From contig JAGGXV010000024.1 of NCBI GenBank assembly GCA_021162885.1, positions 1,024 through 65,023 of the forward strand: a DNA stretch of 64,000 nucleotides. Direction: 5' to 3'. Below, piece after piece: positions 51,101-59,991 of this stretch. The position numbers and the translations under genes were made by a program. The stretch is from a bacterium. GTDB taxonomy: Bacteria; Patescibacteriota; Minisyncoccia; Minisyncoccales; CG1-02-41-26. A model generated the notes under the pieces. It searched no databases. It had not been told where the DNA came from and worked only from the letters and a program-made list of their open reading frames with translations. Every line of letters starts with the position of its first letter. The stretch's first letter is position 1.

Positions 51101-51622
51101 GGTACTAAAACTTTGTTAGAGTTTAGTATAACTGCCGATGCCGCTAAAGATGTTAATCTATACGGCATTAATCTTCAGGTTGTCTTGACTGATAATGCTA
51201 CAGCCACTGATCTTGAGATAAGTGACATTGCCTTGTATGATAAAAGCGATATGACTACTCCATTAAATAATGAAGTAGCTACCAGCAGTAGTAGTGGAGC
51301 TTATGGTGCTACCACTACCGTGGCTGATTCTGATTTTGGTGTAGGTGATGAGGCTAATTCAGCTTCTGGTAATATTTTGCTGTTGAAGAGTAGCGGTCCT
51401 GCTTCCAGTACTTTAGATGTAATTCCAGCTGGAGAAACTGTCACTTACGTGGTTCAAGCAACAGTTGCTCACTCTGCTCAATATGACTCTATCATTGCTC
51501 GTTTGGCTGATTACAGCGCAACCTTGAAGAATGCTATTACTTGGGGTGATCAGTGGGTAACAAACATTGATTCTACTTACGTAAAGACTCTACCCACTAA
51601 CTACAGTTCGTTGAGTAGATAG
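48167..51622 (+). CDS. peptidoglycan-anchored repetitive surface protein (S-layer-like), 1151 aa
   Basis: Signal peptide (..VVPASAVTA). Coiled coil EELRAQIEALQQQLLELQAQLAGL. PG_binding_1-like domain (GDDVKCLQQYL...[22 protein letters not shown]). A run of about 15 Glu residues. Then reiterated beta-sandwich-like units ending in ..K.(L/V).(L/I)KA(D/N)(I/L/V). Confidence 0.85.
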   Translation: MNKITKKIVAFATAVTLVAWLVPVVPASAVTAEELRAQIEALQQQLLELQAQLAGLEGGGEAVAGCLCTFTRNLYPGMTGDDVKCLQQYLNGAGYKLAESGAGSPGNETIYFGPLTRAAVKAWQDANGVEYGDYWGYFGPKSQAKYNEICAVGEQEEEEEEEEEEEEEEEVSEGLTVALADDNPASATIVADSTGSSDSAQALIPFLKVKLTNGDASEVKVTQINFKRGGISADADISQAYLYEDGTLLADYSSFSSAVLTFSNSAGLFTIPAGESKTVTLKADLANDTESGKTIRFSIESADDIVSDASAVNGTFPLTGNYMSTARASDVGQLTVATTTAAGTAVDPQEGLEIYNLNLTAADQKLEVRKIKFTNIGSTDADDLKNFKLYDGGTQIGDTIENMESDKTVTFDLTADPLVIDKGVTKNLHLKADIVGGTNRTFQFSIQEMTDILVYDTGYGIYVKPNKADSWTVFKMAASTINAGKLTITRASDSPSGNVALGATNVTIAKFDVKATGEDVKISSLNVAVYGTNMANNGGDGLYQGKVYFDGSQKGQTTNLTSDTTDGANARTQFTFGNTFIVPADGETHTLEIKADIKDEEGDAHNGDESFTVKIRDIDATGRTSLQSVSVGSAIGYTLNITSGTLSYVKNEAYPNWTAARPTGIPGATEVLVGSFVVTAGASEGADITSIKVRYSTTTNTILQNLKLYKGDKDTGTQIGSTLGTFSADNGGTSQTYTFYPSPYISLAAAEQFVLNVYADILTSATAGANGHITLDEVNGVGKVTASSVNYQQDVTGQTIFVGSAGTLGLSEDPSSPLSDIIVAGTAEETFAVFRYSASTSAENIKITSIIATTTLSNTGTSSVNTIKLVGDGLDASVAALDEDGVATFNLTSNPWVIPAGAEKKLTIKANVAPYPLASSTGTVRFGIATTTYQGEVSGTATNTAAAANWKQASATMKIYRTRPTVAFIGPTSGALTDGTKTLLEFSITADAAKDVNLYGINLQVVLTDNATATDLEISDIALYDKSDMTTPLNNEVATSSSSGAYGATTTVADSDFGVGDEANSASGNILLLKSSGPASSTLDVIPAGETVTYVVQATVAHSAQYDSIIARLADYSATLKNAITWGDQWVTNIDSTYVKTLPTNYSSLSR

Positions 51623-51676
51623 TCCTGAAACGGACCCTCACGCTTCTCCTTGCAAGCGGCGCGAGGGATTAAAAGC

Positions 51677-51706
51677 AAAAGGCGCCTCACTTGAGGCGCC
51701 TTTTGT
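51677..51706 (+). terminator. strong intrinsic terminator after the 1151-aa gene
   Basis: AAAAGGCGCCTCA-c-TTGAGGCGCCTTTTGT. Confidence 0.9.
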
Positions 51707-51752
51707 ATTATGCTCCCCGAAAGCGTAATTCAAAGTTATCCACAGGTTCTAC

Positions 51753-51783
51753 TTGACATACTCCTTTGAAAATATGTTACAAT
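51753..51783 (+). promoter_or_regulatory. promoter with extended -10 for the 1847-aa gene
   Basis: TTGACA (51753-58), a 19-nt spacer, then TGtTACAAT (51775-83). Confidence 0.5.
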
Positions 51784-51823
51784 GATAAAATGTGGAAAAG
51801 TCGCCATAAGTTTTTTAAGTTTT

Positions 51824-51850
51824 AAAACCTTCTTTTAAAGGGAAGGTTTT
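51824..51850 (+). promoter_or_regulatory. perfect 9-bp hairpin sequestering the purine tract just before the 1847-aa start codon
   Basis: AAAACCTTC-ttttaaagg-GAAGGTTTT, then aatttttt ATG (51859). Confidence 0.6.
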
Positions 51851-51858
51851 AATTTTTT

Positions 51859-54800
51859 ATGTTTCAAAAAAAGTTCTCGCTTTCAAAAAAGGTTGCTATT
51901 TTCTTTATTTTAATCTTTGTTTTGGGAATTGGGATTTACTTTTCAGCAAGTAAAGTAAAAGCGGCCAGTCCTGGAGATGTGATAATTAACGAGGTAATGT
52001 GGTCTGGCACTTCTTCAAGCACAGCTGATGAATGGATTGAATTGAGAAATACTTCAACAACCACCGCGATTGATATTGCCAATTGGACTTTAGAAAATGT
52101 AATTCCCGGCGCTACCCTTACGGTGACTACCACTAACAATCTTTGTTCAACTACCACTATTTCTGCTGGGGGTTATTTTTTGATTTCAAATTTCGCAAGT
52201 TCCTCTTCGGCTATCAATGTTTATGGTCAATGTGTAACTTCAACCATTAATTTAATTGACGATTATGCTGCCAACGGAGATTTAATTTTAAAAGATGATT
52301 CTGGTACAGTGATTGACCAAACGCCCTCTACAACCACTTGTCCAAATTGGCCAGGAGGCGCTACAGGTACTCAAGCCGTAGCCACCTCTTCAATGGCAAG
52401 GGACTGGAACTACGGAACAGGCACTTCAACCGCAAGCTGGCATACCTCAATTATTGCTACTGGTTGGGATAGTGGAATTCCAGACAAAGGAACTCCCGGT
52501 ACTTACAACGGCTATCCGGTTTCAGGCACAATTAGCCAATTAAATGCCACCACCAGTGGAACTTTCTATATTATCTTGCAAGAGCATGCTTCCTCTACCA
52601 GTAATCTTGCCAGTTATCAGCAAGCGGCTACCGGCACTTATCAAATGCATCTTTTGGCTTCAAGTGAAGGCAGCAGCAACCAAAAATACGACTTTTTGGC
52701 TTTCCGAGATATTAATGGAAACGGCTCTTATGATGCAAATTATGAGGTAGTCAGATTGCTAAATAATAGTAATAATGGCTACACTTTAGATAGCGATGGT
52801 TTAAGTAATATAGATTTCAAAACTGCCCTAACTCCAATAATTTCCAATGTTACCAGCCCCACTCATATTGGAGACACCATCACAATTTCCGGTTCTTATT
52901 TTGGTCAAAGCGCCACAACTTCTGAAGGTAAGGTTTATTTCCCAGGTGGAGCGAATTTAGAAGGCCAAATTTCCTCTTGGTCCTCAACAAGCATTCAAGT
53001 TATTGTTCCTCAATCGAGCCAGACCGGCCAAATCAGAGTGGTATTGGGTGGTTGGGCTCAAGCGACCACTTCTTTGACTGTCAAACCAAAAATTACTTCA
53101 GCAGTAGCCACCCCAAAATCCCTGAAATTGAATTTTGATAGTTTCCTTGATGGAACCACAGCCAGTAATTTAGCAAATTATACTTTGTATTCTCCAGCTT
53201 CAACTCAAATTGATTTAACTGATGCCTGGACAGAGTTCCGAGGCAATGAGGTTTATATTAAAGGAATTTCTTTGACCTTGGGCGATTATTTCCGAATTAA
53301 TCCAAGTTCTAATATCAAAGGAGCCAGCGGAACCGCCCTTGATTCAAATTATTACGCTACCGGAACAGTGGTGGCTGCTCCTTCAATAAGTTACATTTAC
53401 AAAAAAGGGCAATCTACTACTACCAATTATGGTAATGTCGGGGATACGGTAGTGATTGTTGGCACAAATTTCGGTTCAGCCACAGGCACTGTCTATTTTT
53501 CACCCGGCCCTCCGAGCAGTGGTCAACCCCAAGAACCCGTCTCTTCAACTTCTACTTTATGGACAGCAACTTCAATTGAAGCACCAGTGCCTGCCGGCGC
53601 TAAGACCGGTCCGGTTTTCATCGTTACCGCTCAGGGAGTTGAAAGCGAATTTTCCCGCAGCGCTTTCTTTAATGTTTTGACCAATCTTAATTATAGAATT
53701 TTAAACCCGGACGGAAACTCAATTTCAACTACAACCGCCAGAATTGTTATTTGTTCTATGGGAGGCCCGGTTTTGCATTATGTTGGCGATGGGAACACAA
53801 ACAGTTCAACTACTTACAATTCAGCAACCAAGGTCTATACTGTTCACAATGTTCCTTCCGAAGGATTTAATTGGGTTTTTGATAGTTCTGGCATTTATGT
53901 GGTTGCCAAGGGCCAACCAATAAATTCCGATGCTACGACGACCTTCACTTTGGCCACCTCAACCACAAAAATTTCAGGCAACATCAGCAATGCTAGAGCA
54001 AACAGCACCATTGTTGTTTGGGCAGACCCGGTTGAAGGGACGGGAGAAAATATGGAATGGCGAGAGCCGGTTTTTGTCAAAACAAACGCTTCAGGAGCTG
54101 GTTCTTACAATATAGGGCTTTCAGCAACCGGAACTTACAATGTGGGAGTTGAAGACCCAGGATTTAGCGGGGGTTCTGCTTCCAACCAGAAAATTTCACC
54201 AGCCAACCAGGAAGTTTCAGCAACAACAACCAGTGGAGTAAGTAATGTTAATTTTGCTTTCTTAACCGCCACCAGAAGGATTAGAGGAAAAATCAGCAAA
54301 GCGGCAGGTCAAGGTTTTGATATTGGTCCGGGAGTTGAGGCATTTCATGTTTACGCTTACCAGCCAAAAGAAAACGGCTTGCACGCTTCGGCAATGCCGA
54401 GTTCTTCTGGCTATTTTGATCTTTATGTTAGACCGGGCATTTATATTGTAGGTGTTGGCGGGCCTGATGTACCTTCAGCAGTTGAGAAAAAAATTGAGGT
54501 TCTATCATCAGACAGCGATTTTGCCACCTCAGATTCAGCAGTTGATATAACTTTGGTTATTGAAGCACCCGATGAATATATTGAAGGTCAGGTTACCGAT
54601 TCAAGCGGCAATGGAATTTCTGGCGCTTCAATTTTCGCTTGGTCGTCCTCGGGACCTGGGGGCGGTCAGGCCTTTACCAATAGCGCCGGCTATTACAAAC
54701 TTTATGTTTCACCAGGCACTTACACTTTAGACGGTTTTGCTCCTAATTTTGGAAAGTTAAGTCAAAGAAGCGGGATTACGGTTTCTGACGGCTGCGCAAA

Positions 54801-57402
54801 TTCTGGCACCTGTCCAACAGTTGATTTTGGCGTTTCCTCGGAATTGGCAACCATTTCTGGCTATGTAAAAAAGAACAACGCTTCTTCTTCTGATATGGAG
54901 GTTTGGATAACTTATGGAGAGACCGGTTATGGAATTAACAGAACAAAAACTGATAGCAATGGAAATTACACTTTAAGAGTTCCTTATGGCTCTGGGTATT
55001 ATTTACATGTTGCTCAACCGGGAGCAGGTGAGATTTACAAGGTCAGCTTGCCAACTTTTTCAAGCACAGCAACTTCAACAACTAAAAATGTTTCGGTAAA
55101 TACCGCAACTATTTATGTTCAGATTTCGCCAAAGTCAGCTTTCTCTAAGGCTTTTGTTGAAGTTTACGGAGTTTCTGGTAAAGGATTTTCCGATCAAGAT
55201 ATTGCTACCAGCGGGGCCTCCTTTCGCAAATACGCAATTGAAGTGCCAAAACCAACTTCCGGCACTTACACCTACAATGTCCGAGGTGGAGTTCTTGGCT
55301 ACGGTCCTCTGACAGCCACCACAACCAGTGTCACTTCAGGTACTGTTTCAAAAACGATATCTTATGACATAACGAGCAATGTTGGGGCAATTTCAGGCAG
55401 CGTTACCCTTTCTGGTACAGGAACTACAACTGACGCTTATGTCTGGGCAGCGAATTCTTCAGGTCATGCCGGAGCCCAGGTTGATTCTTCTGGCAATTTC
55501 TCTTTTAAGGTAAAGGCGGGCACTTACGATGTCGGTATTGACAAACCCGGCTACATTGGCAGTCTGACAACAAGCGTTGTGGTTACAGCCGGAGCTACGA
55601 CTACAGTCAATGATTTAACATTGACGCGGGCTGGTTCTTCAATTTCGGGAACGGTTTACAAATCAGGAACAGAGGAAGCAAACGCTTGGGTCTGGGCGAC
55701 AAACGGGTCTGGCGGCTGGGTTGGCGCTGAAGCCGATGGAGATGGCAACTTTACTTTAGAGGTCACCAGCGGTAACTGGACAATCGAGGCCGCTTCAGAA
55801 GGTTACGAAAGCGTGCCGGTTAATGTTGCTGCTGGAACAACTGGACTCTCTATTAACTTAACAAACGCTATTTCCGGCTACAGCGCAGAGGCACCAACTG
55901 TTGCCCCAATTGTGCCAAAAACCGGAGGAGTTATCCAGGGTTCTGACGTAAAAATTGAAGCTCCAGAAGGAGCTCTTGACGCTCAAGATACCAATACCGG
56001 TAGAGTAAGTATTGAAAAGACAACCAGCGTTCCCAGAAGTAATGATGCCAAACCTCTTGGCAATATGGCTTACGAAATCAGTGTTTCCAATGCTTCTGGC
56101 ACCCCAATTACCGTTTTAAATGATTCTATTACCATCTCTTTGACTTATTCAGCCAGCGACTTGTCTTCGGCTGGCATAACTCAAACAGAAGCCCTTGACT
56201 TGAGTTTGGGTTATTTCGACTCTACCTTAAACAAATGGGTAACTATTCCAACTAACGTCGCCACCACTACTGGTGGAGGAGTGATTTTCACCGGGACAAC
56301 TGAGCACTTGTCAGATTTTGCTCCTCTTAAATCTTCAGGAGCCAATCCTCCTTCAACCCCAACCGGTCTTACCGCCACTGCCGGAGACAGCCAGGTGACT
56401 TTAAGTTGGAATAGTGTTTCGGGAGCCAGTTATTACGATATTTACCGAAAAAGCGATTCCACTTATCCTTTTTATGCTTCAACCACTGACACTTCTTATA
56501 CTGATACTGGTTTGACCAATGGCACAACCTATTATTATAAAGTTTCCGCTCTAAACAGCGATGGCGACGAATCAGCAGCAACTGAGGCGGTTTCAGCCAC
56601 TCCTCAGGCCTCTGGCGGAGGAGCAGTTGTCTCTGGTGGTGGAGTAACTGGAGATACCACTGCTCCTTCAATTTCTGATATCAGCTCTAAAGTTGGCACA
56701 AGTACTGCCACCATCACTTGGCAGACATCTGAAGCCTCTTTAACTTGGATAATTTATGGCACTTCAACCGATTATGGTCTTGAGGAGAAAACCACAACCT
56801 ATTTAACTTCCCATTCAGTAACCTTAACTGACTTGACTCCAGAAACCACTTATCACTATCAGGTGAAATCGGAAGATTCAGCTGGCAATGTTGGAGAATA
56901 CACCGACAAAACTTTCACCACTTTGGCTTTGGGAGAGGTGTCAGAAGTAGTAGGGGAAGGGGGAGAAGAAATTGAAATACCAACCGTAACCTTTGAAAAA
57001 CCAATCGCTGAGATGACCATTGAAGAAATCAAAGAAAAAATTGCTGAAATTCAAGAGGCCATTGCTACTTTGCAAGCTCTCTTGGCTCAAATTGAAGAGA
57101 AAATTTTTGAAGGAATTCCAGCTGGCTTTAGTTTTGAAACCAACCTCAAATATGGAATGGTCTCCGATGATGTCAAGTATTTGCAAATTGTCTTGAATTC
57201 TGACCCAGAAACCAGATTGGCCGAGACCGGAATTGGCTCTCCAGGAAACGAAACCAACTACTTCGGACCGCTAACTCGAGCAGCCGTGATCAAATTCCAA
57301 GAAAAATACTCAGAGGATGTCTTAGCCCCTTGGGGATTGACCGAAGGTACTGGCTTTGTCGGGAGAACAACCCGAGCGAAATTGAATGAACTATTAAAAT
57401 AA
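51859..57402 (+). CDS. giant peptidoglycan-anchored surface protein (1847 aa): LTD, IPT/TIG-like, multiple CarboxypepD_reg-like domains, 2x FN3, coiled coil, PG-binding
   Basis: Signal-anchor and LTD signature ([24 protein letters not shown]). At least four units of the type ISG.V...G....A.V.A.......DS.GN(Y/F).L.V..G.Y. FN3 signature ([27 protein letters not shown]; [13 protein letters not shown]). C-terminal coiled coil plus [22 protein letters not shown]. Confidence 0.85.
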   Translation: MFQKKFSLSKKVAIFFILIFVLGIGIYFSASKVKAASPGDVIINEVMWSGTSSSTADEWIELRNTSTTTAIDIANWTLENVIPGATLTVTTTNNLCSTTTISAGGYFLISNFASSSSAINVYGQCVTSTINLIDDYAANGDLILKDDSGTVIDQTPSTTTCPNWPGGATGTQAVATSSMARDWNYGTGTSTASWHTSIIATGWDSGIPDKGTPGTYNGYPVSGTISQLNATTSGTFYIILQEHASSTSNLASYQQAATGTYQMHLLASSEGSSNQKYDFLAFRDINGNGSYDANYEVVRLLNNSNNGYTLDSDGLSNIDFKTALTPIISNVTSPTHIGDTITISGSYFGQSATTSEGKVYFPGGANLEGQISSWSSTSIQVIVPQSSQTGQIRVVLGGWAQATTSLTVKPKITSAVATPKSLKLNFDSFLDGTTASNLANYTLYSPASTQIDLTDAWTEFRGNEVYIKGISLTLGDYFRINPSSNIKGASGTALDSNYYATGTVVAAPSISYIYKKGQSTTTNYGNVGDTVVIVGTNFGSATGTVYFSPGPPSSGQPQEPVSSTSTLWTATSIEAPVPAGAKTGPVFIVTAQGVESEFSRSAFFNVLTNLNYRILNPDGNSISTTTARIVICSMGGPVLHYVGDGNTNSSTTYNSATKVYTVHNVPSEGFNWVFDSSGIYVVAKGQPINSDATTTFTLATSTTKISGNISNARANSTIVVWADPVEGTGENMEWREPVFVKTNASGAGSYNIGLSATGTYNVGVEDPGFSGGSASNQKISPANQEVSATTTSGVSNVNFAFLTATRRIRGKISKAAGQGFDIGPGVEAFHVYAYQPKENGLHASAMPSSSGYFDLYVRPGIYIVGVGGPDVPSAVEKKIEVLSSDSDFATSDSAVDITLVIEAPDEYIEGQVTDSSGNGISGASIFAWSSSGPGGGQAFTNSAGYYKLYVSPGTYTLDGFAPNFGKLSQRSGITVSDGCANSGTCPTVDFGVSSELATISGYVKKNNASSSDMEVWITYGETGYGINRTKTDSNGNYTLRVPYGSGYYLHVAQPGAGEIYKVSLPTFSSTATSTTKNVSVNTATIYVQISPKSAFSKAFVEVYGVSGKGFSDQDIATSGASFRKYAIEVPKPTSGTYTYNVRGGVLGYGPLTATTTSVTSGTVSKTISYDITSNVGAISGSVTLSGTGTTTDAYVWAANSSGHAGAQVDSSGNFSFKVKAGTYDVGIDKPGYIGSLTTSVVVTAGATTTVNDLTLTRAGSSISGTVYKSGTEEANAWVWATNGSGGWVGAEADGDGNFTLEVTSGNWTIEAASEGYESVPVNVAAGTTGLSINLTNAISGYSAEAPTVAPIVPKTGGVIQGSDVKIEAPEGALDAQDTNTGRVSIEKTTSVPRSNDAKPLGNMAYEISVSNASGTPITVLNDSITISLTYSASDLSSAGITQTEALDLSLGYFDSTLNKWVTIPTNVATTTGGGVIFTGTTEHLSDFAPLKSSGANPPSTPTGLTATAGDSQVTLSWNSVSGASYYDIYRKSDSTYPFYASTTDTSYTDTGLTNGTTYYYKVSALNSDGDESAATEAVSATPQASGGGAVVSGGGVTGDTTAPSISDISSKVGTSTATITWQTSEASLTWIIYGTSTDYGLEEKTTTYLTSHSVTLTDLTPETTYHYQVKSEDSAGNVGEYTDKTFTTLALGEVSEVVGEGGEEIEIPTVTFEKPIAEMTIEEIKEKIAEIQEAIATLQALLAQIEEKIFEGIPAGFSFETNLKYGMVSDDVKYLQIVLNSDPETRLAETGIGSPGNETNYFGPLTRAAVIKFQEKYSEDVLAPWGLTEGTGFVGRTTRAKLNELLK

Positions 57403-57520
57403 AGTAGAGATAAAAAGTAGAGATAAATTGGGACAGGTTGAGATAAAGCCGTCTCTAGGCGGGGGCGGTTTTCTATTTAAGATAAATGGAGATAAGTTGA
57501 TAAAAGTTGAGATAAATTGT
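57403..57520. repeat. reiterated (G)AGATAAA words around a terminator
   Basis: GTAGAGATAAAAA GTAGAGATAAATT ..GTTGAGATAAAGC .. TTTAAGATAAATG GAGATAAGTT GATAAAAGTTGAGATAAATT. Confidence 0.7.
57449..57476 (+). terminator. intrinsic terminator after the 1847-aa gene
   Basis: CCGTCTC-taggcg-GGGGCGG (7 bp including two G-U pairs) followed by TTTTCTATTT. Confidence 0.55.
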
Positions 57521-57531
57521 AAAATGAGAAA

Positions 57532-57627
57532 ATGAATTTGAATAATTTAGAGATTTATAAATTAGCAAAGGAGATTTTCAAGTTATATCTGGTATGCACT
57601 GGAAATCAAAAACAAAAATTATTTTAA
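57532..57627 (+). pseudogene. possible remnant of a four-helix-bundle (23S rRNA IVS-type) protein gene
   Basis: A 31-codon ORF, MNLNNLEIYKLAKEIFKLYL.., resembles the N-terminus of that family. It is truncated by a stop and overlaps the next gene's start. Confidence 0.25.
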
Positions 57628-59294
57628 TAGGAGTATTTTTATTATTTATCTCTCCATTGATAGTATCTGCTGATACTCAAGGTCAAGTTAAAACTTTTTT
57701 TGTTGATTCGTCTTATGATGCTCAACAAAGGGAACAAATTTCAGCTACTTTAGAAAAAGTTTCTCAGAATGCCTATTTTTATTTAGAAGATGAATGGTCG
57801 GAGAACTTAACCGAAAGTGAAAAAGAAAAAGTAGATAAAAATTTAATTACTCTCAGTCAAGAGTTTGACCAAAAAATTTATCCAGAATTAACTTCAACTT
57901 ATGGCTCTGAATGGAAACCGGGGATTGACAATGACAACCATATCACAATCCTTTTCCATCAAATGAAAAAAAACGTCGGTGGCTATTTTAACAACGGTGA
58001 TGAGTATCCAAAAGTTCAAAACGCAATCTCAAACGAAAGAGAGATGATTTATGTTAACACTGATTATCTAAAATACGGAACCAGCAAAAGTTATGTTGCT
58101 CACGAATTCACCCATTTAATTACTTTTAACCAAAAAGAAAGATTGCGGGGAGTTTCAGAAGAGATTTGGTTAAATGAAGCCAGGGCCGAATATGCTCCCA
58201 CCTTGCTGGGCTACGATGTAGAGTATCAAGGAAGCAATCTTCAACAGAGAGTCAAACAATTTATTGCCTCTCCTTCTGATTCTTTAACCGAGTGGCAAAA
58301 TCAGAAAGCAGATTATGGCATTATTAATGTATTTTTCCAATATCTGGTTGATCATTATGGAGTTGACATTTTAGTTGACTCTTTGAAATCCTCTCAAGTA
58401 GGTATTCCCTCGTTAAATTATGCCCTGAAAAAAGCGGGAGTTGAAGAGGATTTCTCTCAAATTTTCACCGACTGGACAATAGCTATATTCCTTAATGATT
58501 GTAATGTTGGCGCAGAGTACTGCTACAAAAATGAAAATCTAAAAAACCTCAGAATTACTCCTTCTTTAATTTTTTTGCCCTCAACCCAAAGGACCGAGGT
58601 TTCTTTAAACTATTTTGTTAAACAATGGGCTGGCAATTGGTACCGGATTATGGGAGGAGAAGGGGATTTAAAATTAAAATTTGACGGAGAAGACAAGGTT
58701 CACTTTGATGTTCCTTATGTTCTTTGCCAGAATCTCCACAGTTGCTCGGTTAATTTTTTGAATCTAAATGAGAAACAAGAGGGAGAAATTCTTCTTGAGG
58801 ATTTTGGCAGCAACTGGACCAGTTTAACCTTAATTCCCTCAATTCAATCAAAAACTTCGGGATTTGACGGTAGGGAGCCCTCATACTCTTTTTCCCTTTC
58901 AGTTTCAATGGAAATGAAAACCGAAAAAGAAAAACTGATTGAAGAACTTAAAGCTCAAATTGCAGTTTTGCAAGCGCAAATTGCTGAGCTTCAAGCAAAA
59001 ATTGCTGCAATTTTAAGAGAAAAAATAGGGATGTGTACTTTTTCTGCCAATCTCTATTATGGAATGAGGGGCAATGGAGTTCGCTGTTTGCAAGAGTTTT
59101 TGAAGGCCCAGGGAAAAGAAATTTATCCTCAAGGTTTAGTCACTGGCTTTTTTGGTCCCTTAACCAGGGCCGCCGTGATGCGCTTTCAAGAAAAATACGC
59201 TTCCGAAATTTTATTTCCTTTGGGTCTTAAAAAAGGCACCGGCTTTGTCGGTCCCTCCACCAGAAACAAAATTAATCGAATGTTAAATCTATGA
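57594..59294 (+). CDS. secreted HExxH (gluzincin-like) metalloprotease with C-terminal coiled coil and PG-binding domain
   Basis: Signal peptide (..PLIVSADTQ). HEFTH at nt 58101-58115 with a downstream NEARAEY Glu. C-terminal LIEELKAQIAVLQAQIAELQAKIAAIL plus GNGVRCLQEFL...[14 protein letters not shown]. Confidence 0.7.
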   Translation: MHWKSKTKIILIGVFLLFISPLIVSADTQGQVKTFFVDSSYDAQQREQISATLEKVSQNAYFYLEDEWSENLTESEKEKVDKNLITLSQEFDQKIYPELTSTYGSEWKPGIDNDNHITILFHQMKKNVGGYFNNGDEYPKVQNAISNEREMIYVNTDYLKYGTSKSYVAHEFTHLITFNQKERLRGVSEEIWLNEARAEYAPTLLGYDVEYQGSNLQQRVKQFIASPSDSLTEWQNQKADYGIINVFFQYLVDHYGVDILVDSLKSSQVGIPSLNYALKKAGVEEDFSQIFTDWTIAIFLNDCNVGAEYCYKNENLKNLRITPSLIFLPSTQRTEVSLNYFVKQWAGNWYRIMGGEGDLKLKFDGEDKVHFDVPYVLCQNLHSCSVNFLNLNEKQEGEILLEDFGSNWTSLTLIPSIQSKTSGFDGREPSYSFSLSVSMEMKTEKEKLIEELKAQIAVLQAQIAELQAKIAAILREKIGMCTFSANLYYGMRGNGVRCLQEFLKAQGKEIYPQGLVTGFFGPLTRAAVMRFQEKYASEILFPLGLKKGTGFVGPSTRNKINRMLNL

Positions 59295-59989
59295 AAAACA
59301 TTAAAGCAGTAATATTGGCCGGAGGATTGGGAACACGGCTTTATCCCATAACCTATGAGATTCCCAAGCCTCTTTTGCCAATAAGAAAAAAGCCGATTAT
59401 AAACTACTTAGTTGACCTTTTTCTTGAACAAGGAATAAAAGAAATAGCTATTTTAATCAACAAAGGTTTTGAAGAAGATTTTAATTGGTGGAAAAAAAGA
59501 TATTACCCTAAAAAGAAGATTAGGTTTTTCAAAGAGAAAAAACCATTGGGTACTTTAGGTGGCCTTTATTATTTAAAGAAATGGATTTCAAAAAGCGATT
59601 TCTTTTTAACCAATGGCGATGAATTAAAAAAAATCGATTTAAGAAAAATGAGAAATTTTCATCAAAAAAAGGAAATGTTGGCAACTATTGCTTTAGTTAA
59701 AGTTAAAGATCCTCAAGATTATGGTGTTGTTTTATGCAAAAATGGAATAGTTCAAGAATTTTTGGAAAAACCAGGAGATCCACCGACTAAATATATTAAT
59801 TCTGGTTTATATATCTTTTCGCCAGGAATTTTCAAATACCATCCTGGCCCTAAATTTTCTATGATAGAAACAAATCTTTTTCCAAAATTAGCCAAAGCGC
59901 ATAAATTAGCCGGATTTAAATTCCGAGGCAAGTGGACTGACTGTGGCACCTGGGGAAGGTACGAGCATGCTTTAAAACACTGGAAATAA
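59291..59989 (+). CDS. sugar-phosphate nucleotidyltransferase
   Basis: AVILAGGLGTRLYPIT..PKPLLPI motif. Confidence 0.8.
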   Translation: MKNIKAVILAGGLGTRLYPITYEIPKPLLPIRKKPIINYLVDLFLEQGIKEIAILINKGFEEDFNWWKKRYYPKKKIRFFKEKKPLGTLGGLYYLKKWISKSDFFLTNGDELKKIDLRKMRNFHQKKEMLATIALVKVKDPQDYGVVLCKNGIVQEFLEKPGDPPTKYINSGLYIFSPGIFKYHPGPKFSMIETNLFPKLAKAHKLAGFKFRGKWTDCGTWGRYEHALKHWK

Positions 59990-59991
59990 AT

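Noticed and set aside
40285-57402. Diversity-generating retroelement targeting the giant surface proteins.
   Set aside because: No reverse-transcriptase ORF is present in the window, and I could not find a template/variable repeat pair differing at adenines. This cannot be fully excluded without a self-alignment of the region.
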